DNA of 32,000 nucleotides from Tepidisphaerales bacterium (lineage in GTDB: Bacteria > Planctomycetota > Phycisphaerae > Tepidisphaerales > Tepidisphaeraceae): contig JBBSDP010000011.1 in the NCBI GenBank assembly GCA_038240605.1, forward strand, positions 75,182 to 107,181. The letters run 5' to 3'. Of this stretch, positions 27,064-32,000 are shown piece by piece. The position numbers and the translations under genes are program-made. Under the pieces are notes generated by a model, which was not told the DNA's origin, searched no databases, and was given only the letters and a program-made list of their open reading frames with translations. Numbering within the stretch: the stretch's first letter is position 1; each line of letters begins with the position of its first letter.

Positions 27064-28596
27064 TCAGGCCTCAGCGGCGACCACCCCCGCGACGCGCAGG
27101 GCGTTGGCGATGATCGTCAGCGCCGGGCCCACGCCCAGCGACGTCGGAAAGAAACTCCCGTCGACGACAAAGACATTCGGATGCCCGAACACCCGGCAAT
27201 CCCGCCACAGGACCGCTTCGCGCGGGTCGGTGCCGAATCGCAGCGTCCCGCACTGGTGGGCCACGTGCTCCTCCGATGCAAATCCGCTGTTCAGGCAGAG
27301 CATCGCCCCCGCGCGATACAGGATCCGCGACATCAATTCCCGGAGCGTCTTCCCCCGTTCCAGGTCATACGCGCCAAAGCGATGGGCGATGCGCGGCCGG
27401 CCATCCGCGCCCCACGACACGGCGTTCGACGGATCCGGCAAATCTTCGATGATGCCGACCAGCGGCAGGATGCGCCGCCGCAGGAACTGAATCAGCCAGC
27501 GCGGCAGAAAAGCCGGCGCCGATTTCGCCGCCAGCAGCGGCCCCGGCACCGGCAGCGACTGCACCAGCCCCAGCTTGTGCGCATAGGCCGGCGTCCCAAA
27601 GTAATAATCCGCGAACCCCACCTGCTTCACGAAATTCGAATCCGCCTCCGTCCGCCCGCGAAACATCCCCGCCACGATCGGCGAAAGATGAACCATGTAA
27701 TTCCGCCCGATCAGCGGCGCGTTCGCCCCCGACTTCAGCAACACCAAAGGCGAACCCAGCGCCCCCGCCGCCAGCACATATCGGCTTCCCCGGTAAACCG
27801 TCCGCGCCCCGCTCCCCCGATCCACCGCTTCGACACCCTGCGCTTCCCCCCTCCCATCCAGCAGCAGTCGCTCCACTTCGGCGTTCGTCACCACCCGCAA
27901 CGGCAACCCGTCGGCCACCGCCTGATCCAGCAACTGCGCGGAGGATTTGCGCGCCCCGGTCGGGCAGATGTAACCGGCGCACACGTTGCACTGAATGCAG
28001 CGCGACGAATCGATCGCCAGCGGAAGCCGGAACGGACGCAGCCCCTCGGCGCGATTCCCGTCGATCAGCCGTCGATTCATCGGATGCAGCGGCAACGGCC
28101 CGGCCGTCGTCACATGACGCGGACGGTGCAGCGGACCAAAGTCCGCGTCGGCGTCGTCCGCGCAGCCGCACACCCCGAAAAGCCGTTCGGCTTCGGTGTA
28201 GTGCGCCTCCAGCTCGTCGTATTGAACCGGCCAGTCCCAGATCGCCCGCGGAATACGGCTCCCGTAATGCCGCCCCGGCTGAAAATCATCCCGGCTCGGC
28301 CGCAATAGTGCCGCCCCGTACAAGCTCGTCCCCCCACCCAGCACGCCCCCCATGTAAAGCCGTTTGCTCGCCCCGTTCACCTCGACATCGCGGTCATCGT
28401 ACGGCTTTTTCTCAATCAGCATCGCCCGTTCATCATGCCCCTGGGCATCGATGCCCGGCCCGCCGGATCGTTCCGCCCCATACCGTTTCCCGCGCTCCAG
28501 CAGGATCACCGACTTGCCCGCCCTGGCACAGGCATACGCCAGCGTAGCGCCCCCCGCGCCGCTGCCAATGACGATCACATCACCATCATGCGCCAT
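27064..28596 (-). CDS. GMC-family FAD-dependent oxidoreductase
   Basis: ORF 27064..28641 (TTG), preferred ATG 28594-28596 after GGAG: MAHDGDVIVIGSGAGGATLAYACARAGKSVILLERG (GxGxxG). ...CIQCNVCAGYICPTGA.... C-terminal ...HQCGTLRFG...NVFVVDGSFFPTSLGVGPALTIIANALR is the GMC_oxred_C pattern. Confidence 0.85.
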   Translation of the reverse strand: MAHDGDVIVIGSGAGGATLAYACARAGKSVILLERGKRYGAERSGGPGIDAQGHDERAMLIEKKPYDDRDVEVNGASKRLYMGGVLGGGTSLYGAALLRPSRDDFQPGRHYGSRIPRAIWDWPVQYDELEAHYTEAERLFGVCGCADDADADFGPLHRPRHVTTAGPLPLHPMNRRLIDGNRAEGLRPFRLPLAIDSSRCIQCNVCAGYICPTGARKSSAQLLDQAVADGLPLRVVTNAEVERLLLDGRGEAQGVEAVDRGSGARTVYRGSRYVLAAGALGSPLVLLKSGANAPLIGRNYMVHLSPIVAGMFRGRTEADSNFVKQVGFADYYFGTPAYAHKLGLVQSLPVPGPLLAAKSAPAFLPRWLIQFLRRRILPLVGIIEDLPDPSNAVSWGADGRPRIAHRFGAYDLERGKTLRELMSRILYRAGAMLCLNSGFASEEHVAHQCGTLRFGTDPREAVLWRDCRVFGHPNVFVVDGSFFPTSLGVGPALTIIANALRVAGVVAAEA

Positions 28597-28764
28597 CCAT
28601 GCTCCGCGGGATTCACCCAACCTGCGCGCACGTTCAGGCAATTACCTTTGATTTACAAGTGCGATACAATCCATTTAACCAAACCTTCACCCGACCTTCG
28701 CGCAGCGACGTGAGGCGACAGCCGTACCATCGATCCGCTGATCAACGAGCCGAGGGAACCTGAC

Positions 28765-29034
28765 ATGACCGACGCAAACGAAATCAGCCCATCCGTCCTG
28801 CGGGCCATCTACCAGATCTCCGGCTTCACCCCCGCCCCCGTCACCGTCGCCCAGATCACCGACGTCATTCCCCTCCCGGCAGATCAGTTCGGACCCATCC
28901 TCCAACACCTCGAGTCCCAGGGCTGGATCCGAACCGACGCCGCCAGCGAATCCCTCCAGCTCACCCCCCAGGGCATCCAACAAGCCAGCACGATTCCGCC
29001 GGTGGCCGAGCCGCCGCTGTTTCAGGATATTTGA
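28765..29034 (+). CDS. Small winged-helix (MarR-like wHTH) protein
   Basis: 89 aa. ...VLRAIYQISGFTPAPVTVAQITDVIPLPADQFGPILQHLESQGWIRTDAASESLQLTPQG... has a wHTH recognition-helix/wing pattern. ATG start. Confidence 0.6.
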   Translation: MTDANEISPSVLRAIYQISGFTPAPVTVAQITDVIPLPADQFGPILQHLESQGWIRTDAASESLQLTPQGIQQASTIPPVAEPPLFQDI

Positions 29035-29044
29035 GGAATGTCGT

Positions 29045-29728
29045 TTGGGGATAAAGTTCGTGGGCAACCTGTTGATAAGCGGATTCGGGTCTGTCCCACG
29101 AGTTGTCAAGGTGCATGAAGATGCGTTAGTCTGCACGGTCGTGAGCACAAAATATCCAGAACTTGCCGAGTTGATCAAGCAGAAGTCTTTGCGGTGGGGC
29201 ATGTTTATGCTCGCCAGCGGCAAATCATCGAAATATTACATCGATGGCAAACTGACCTCCATGGACCCCGCGGGAGCGGCCTGTATTGCCAGGGCAATCC
29301 TCAGTGAAATCGATGGGATGCCGGTTCACGCGGTAGGAGGCATGGACATGGGTGCCACGCCCATCATGGGTGCCGTCGCCTGTACCAGCCACCATGCCCG
29401 GCGGCCATTGCCAACCTTCATTGTGCGCAAGGACGTTAAGTCGCACGGCACGATGAAGCTGATCGAAGGGCCGATTCCTGAAGCGCCCTGTAACGTCGTC
29501 ATCGTTGATGATGTGGTGACAACCGGCGACTCGATCCTCAAGGCGATTGATGCGGTAACGGCCAAGGGCATCACGGTGCTGTTGGCGATTTCCGTGCTTG
29601 ATCGGAATGCCGGAGCCGCGGAGGCGCTTAAAAAACGTGGCATTCCCTACCAGCCACTCGTCACTCTGCGGGACATCGGAGTAAACGATGGCGAAAGTCG
29701 ATCAAGCAGCCAATTCGGCACTGGCTAA
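29045..29728 (+). CDS. pyrE: Orotate phosphoribosyltransferase-like type I PRTase
   Basis: The ORF begins at TTG 29045, with GAGGA 7 nt upstream. Family-like N-terminus if started at GTG 29141 (STKYPELAELIKQKSLRWGMFMLASGKSSKYYIDGK). PRPP loop VVIVDDVVTTGDSILKAI; ...FIVRKDVKSHGT.... About 47-55 % GC by hand count, lower than the core genes. Start uncertain. Confidence 0.75.
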   Translation: MGIKFVGNLLISGFGSVPRVVKVHEDALVCTVVSTKYPELAELIKQKSLRWGMFMLASGKSSKYYIDGKLTSMDPAGAACIARAILSEIDGMPVHAVGGMDMGATPIMGAVACTSHHARRPLPTFIVRKDVKSHGTMKLIEGPIPEAPCNVVIVDDVVTTGDSILKAIDAVTAKGITVLLAISVLDRNAGAAEALKKRGIPYQPLVTLRDIGVNDGESRSSSQFGTG

Positions 29729-30019
29729 CTTCTGCTCGCAAACGGTTCAGCGCCTTCAGCGAAGTGAATAGCCCTCGTGGATTTGTTTTGAAGGCCGCCT
29801 TCGCGCGAGCGAGCATATCCGCAATGATCGTCAGCCCTCATGCTGCGTGACAGTCCGTTGATCGCATTCGTGGCGACGCAGGACGCCGGACGGGCGCGGG
29901 CGTTTTCTCGCTACTGGCTTCTCCACTTTCCCCCCTCTGGGATGAATCCAGAATTTCCTTGGCGTCCTGGCGCCTTGGCGGTTCAAATCCGTATTCTCTT
30001 TATTGAAAGGAGCCACATC

Positions 30020-30595
30020 ATGAGGAATCGAAATCGATCGATCGTCGCGCTGCTCGGGATCGCGCTCGCGGCCGGCGGCATCGTCCCGCGCAGCGCCCGC
30101 AGCGCCGATGAGAAGCCGAAGCCCGAGGAGCGGAAGACCGACGCGAAAGAGCAGCCGAAGCCCAACGAGAAGGCCTCGCCGCTCGACACGATCCGCGCCC
30201 TGGCCGGCACGTGGGTGGCGGTTGAAACCGAGGCGGACAAGCCACCGGCGACGATCGTCTTCAAATCCACCTCCGCCGACAGCGCCGTCATGGAGACGAT
30301 GTTTCCCGGCTCCGATCACGAGATGATCAACCTGTACACGCTCGACGGCGACGTCCTCACCCTCACCCACTACTGCTCCATGGGCAACCAGCCGCGCATG
30401 CGACTCGCCCCCAGCGACGACGGCGCCCTCCACTTCGACTACGCCGACGCCGGCAACCTCAAGAGCCGCGCCGAGCCCCACATGGACAGCGTCCAGATCA
30501 CGATCCAAGGCGATCGTCTGACAGAAAAGTGGGCCATGTACCGCGACGGGAAGATCACCGGCTACCACTCGTTCGAATTGAAGCGAAAGGGGTGA
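30020..30595 (+). CDS. Secreted protein of unknown function
   Basis: ORF 29840..30595, preferred ATG 30020 after GAAAGGAG. Signal peptide MRNRNRSIVALLGIALAAGG. Lys/Glu/Pro-rich linker, then ...LTLTHYCSMGNQPRM.... No confident family recognised. Confidence 0.7.
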   Translation: MRNRNRSIVALLGIALAAGGIVPRSARSADEKPKPEERKTDAKEQPKPNEKASPLDTIRALAGTWVAVETEADKPPATIVFKSTSADSAVMETMFPGSDHEMINLYTLDGDVLTLTHYCSMGNQPRMRLAPSDDGALHFDYADAGNLKSRAEPHMDSVQITIQGDRLTEKWAMYRDGKITGYHSFELKRKG

Positions 30596-30598
30596 AAA

Positions 30599-30913
30599 TG
30601 GTCAGTTGCCAGTTGTCCGTTGTCCGTTGTCCGTTGTTCTTGGTCAGTTGTCAGTGGTCAGTTGTCGGGAAAAGGAAGAAGTTCCGCGTATTGGCCAACT
30701 TGAATGCTCAGTGCGCTCCGCGTTCTCTGTGGCCTCCGCGCTTATGCGAATGGGTCCGCGCGAGCCAGTGGCCACCGAGGGCACGGAGAACACCGAGAGG
30801 CACAATGGCCTGATCGAGGCTGCGCACAACGGACAACTGACAACTGACAACCGACAACTGACAACTGACAACGGACCACTGACATCTTCACGACAACGGA
30901 CAACTGACAAAAA
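30599..30913. repeat. Composite element: inverted arrays of 7-nt tandem repeats flanking a core that carries its own imperfect inverted repeat
   Basis: Left array 30599-30668: 10 units of TTGTC(A/C)G. Right array 30826-30881: 8 units of ACAAC(T/G)G (the reverse complement), plus 3 more units at 30893-30913. Core inverted repeat 30716-30740 vs 30773-30797, 19/25 complementary. Confidence 0.85.
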
Positions 30914-30915
30914 CA

Positions 30916-31377
30916 ATGCCAGACGACCCACCCCACCCGTCGCCGCCCCGGCCGCCGCCCCCATCGCCACCCACAGTCGCGCCCGACCCGACGGCCAACC
31001 TCGACGAGGTCGTCGATGACCTGGGTCCGAAGGAAGAATGTGCCGACTGGATCCTCGCGCAGATGACCGCCGGCCGTCCCGCCGAAGACCTGACGGCGGA
31101 GCTGATCGACCAGGGTTGGAACCCCGACGACGCCGAATCCCTGGTCGAGTACGTCCGCCGGGCCACACGGCATGAGCGTGGCGTGGTCACGCGCGAGGAC
31201 GTCGCGCGAACCGCCGTCCGCCGTTACCGCCAGAGCTGGTCCCTCACCTGGTTCGCCGGCTTCCCCGCCATCGCCTCCGGCGTCCGTCTCGTCGGCGCCC
31301 TCCGCAACCTGCTCGGCTTCCGGCGTGTCACCAAAGGAACTCCGCCGTCGGGGGAAGAAAATAGGCCGTTTGAATAG
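30916..31377 (+). CDS. Hypothetical protein, Pro-rich N-terminus
   Basis: 153 aa, ATG start. The central part (ECADWILAQMTAGRPAEDLTAELIDQGWNPDDAESLVEYVRRATRHERG) reads like a real globular segment, followed by a hydrophobic stretch (WFAGFPAIASGVRLVGAL). Preferred over the antisense 244-aa ORF. No family recognised. Confidence 0.5.
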   Translation: MPDDPPHPSPPRPPPPSPPTVAPDPTANLDEVVDDLGPKEECADWILAQMTAGRPAEDLTAELIDQGWNPDDAESLVEYVRRATRHERGVVTREDVARTAVRRYRQSWSLTWFAGFPAIASGVRLVGALRNLLGFRRVTKGTPPSGEENRPFE

Positions 31378-31516
31378 CCGGTGGTGCGATGCGTTGGGAA
31401 TGGTCGCGGAGAGCACGGAAAGATGCAAAGTACACCGAGAGCGAAGCCTCTTGTTGGACCCCTGCTTGCATTCCATGACCTTATCTGCGGGGAGGTGAAT
31501 GAGATGTCGGCGGAAG

Positions 31517-31864
31517 TCAATTGCCCGTAACGCTGGTTTGACGATATGTCACAGATCCCGCTTGCTTCATGTTGTCCGCTGGGATACTTGACACCATCGC
31601 CACGGTTATTTGGGCGATTACATCGTCCTCTTCAAGAGCAAAATGAAACGGGCCGAGGTTTGAAATTTCCAGTGTTACTTTACCTGACCAGCTTGCATGG
31701 ATGGTTGGAGCCGTGAGATGAACCAGCAGGCCAGTACGGGCGCGCGTACTCTTGCCGTCGATGAAGCAAATCAAATTCGCCCCATCTTCGGGCGTGCCGA
31801 CGCGTTCCTTGGTTTGCCAGAGCAAGAACCCGTGAGGCTTGATGACGATCTCGTTGCCGCGCTT
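31517..31864 (-). pseudogene. dCTP deaminase/dUTPase-fold gene remnant, C-terminal ~115 aa only (5'-truncated)
   Basis: Own translation upstream of the listed TTG start: ...RGNEIVIKPHGFLLWQTKERVGTPEDGANLICFIDGKSTRARTGLLVHLTAPTIHASWSGKVTLEISNLGPFHFALEEDDVIAQITV.... By memory this aligns with the E. coli Dcd block ...LHPGELALAVTLESVTLP...GRSSLARLGL.VH.TA..IDPGWSG...LE..N.... The frame is closed by a stop at 31946-31948. No ATG or GTG lies upstream, and the ~70 N-terminal residues are absent. Confidence 0.7.
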
Positions 31865-31880
31865 AGAACCCGTCCAAAAA

Positions 31881-32000
31881 CTACTCCGTGTTTTTCTGGT
31901 GGGGGCGAATCGTGTAGTTCCACTGAGGGCAGACCTCGTGGCGGGTCAGTTGGATTGCTTGGAACTCGGCCTTGGTGACCTTCAAGCCTTTCTGATAGGT
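31881..32000 (-). mobile_element. 3' end of an ISAzo13-family (DDE_Tnp_ISAZ013) transposase gene; continues beyond the right edge
   Basis: Own translation of the minus strand from 32000: TYQKGLKVTKAEFQAIQLTRHEVCPQWNYTIRPHQKNTE, stop at 31881-31883. The ...G.KV...E......L..H...P.WNYTI.P ending is the characteristic C-terminus of this transposase family, as I remember it. Confidence 0.7.

Noticed and set aside
23961-28308. 609-aa (23961..25790) and 654-aa (26344..28308) plus-strand ORFs
   Set aside because: They are antisense to the aminotransferase, FAD-oxidase-like, psd-like and GMC genes, all of which have clear motifs on the minus strand. Composition is Arg/Pro/His-rich.
29038-29118. 26-codon ORF (MSFGDKVRGQPVDKRIRVCPTSCQGA) starting at the ATG 1 nt after GAGGA, out of frame with the PRTase
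   Set aside because: It is too short, has no recognisable features, and the same SD can serve the in-frame TTG at 29045.
28765-30019. Retron (type III-like) defence module built from the wHTH and PRTase genes
   Set aside because: No reverse transcriptase ORF exists in any frame nearby. I also could not identify msr/msd-like inverted repeats in the flanking 290-bp non-coding stretch. The PRTase retains a full OPRT motif set.
30599-30913. Possible CRISPR array
   Set aside because: The repeat period is 7 nt with no unique spacers. The two blocks are inverted copies of each other, and there are no cas genes. This is not CRISPR architecture.
30529-31168. ORFs 30529..30813 (+), 30606..31019 (+) and 30644..31168 (-), translating to VVSCQLSVV... 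and QLTTDNRQLTTDN...
   Set aside because: They are products of the 7-nt tandem arrays, which keep every frame open. The peptides simply spell the repeat, so they are treated as non-coding repeat DNA.
30742-31476. 244-aa minus-strand ORF opposite the 153-aa hypothetical
   Set aside because: It begins in lower-GC non-coding DNA, runs through the heptamer array, and has low-complexity Arg/Gly/Val content. The plus-strand ORF has a more protein-like sequence. Neither has homology support, so the plus-strand call carries only 0.5 confidence.

Overview
High-GC bacterial chromosomal window. Hand counts of single 60-nt lines give about 63 % GC in the RND pump gene and 47-55 % in several short islands. 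The repeat families and gene content fit a Planctomycetota-like genome, but that is inference only.

Left to right:
- an Ldh2-family dehydrogenase plus a D-2-hydroxyacid dehydrogenase operon (minus strand)
- an orphan periplasmic sugar-binding lipoprotein
- a cobA-hemD fusion gene
- a low-GC toxin-antitoxin islet (lone MntA-like nucleotidyltransferase plus ParD/ParE)
- a SAM methyltransferase and a hemolysin-III/PAQR protein
- a TetR regulator divergent from a complete tripartite RND efflux operon (MFP, RND pump, NodT-type outer membrane factor)
- a decayed SDR gene remnant
- a 1300-aa GH2-like secreted enzyme
- a SAM methyltransferase plus an SQD2/MgtA-like GT4 glycosyltransferase
- converging on them, a tightly packed five-gene minus-strand operon: GMC flavoenzyme, phosphatidylserine-decarboxylase-like protein, membrane-anchored FAD oxidase-like protein, double-domain class-III aminotransferase, small Mpo1/DUF962-like membrane protein

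I read the last two items together as an uncharacterised lipid or glycolipid head-group tailoring locus. It is the best candidate for a novel system in this window.

The right 3.3 kb is a mosaic: a small wHTH protein plus a low-GC PyrE-like PRTase, a secreted protein, a large composite inverted heptamer-repeat element, a proline-rich hypothetical, a 5'-truncated dCTP-deaminase-like remnant, and the 3' end of an ISAzo13-family transposase at the window edge.

The most concrete sequence-level oddity is a 172-bp MITE-like palindromic element. It has an 11-bp direct duplication and sits exactly in frame (61 codons) inside the FAD-oxidase-like gene.

No rRNA, tRNA or CRISPR array was recognised. 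Many long ORFs in the track are antisense shadow ORFs typical of high-GC DNA.
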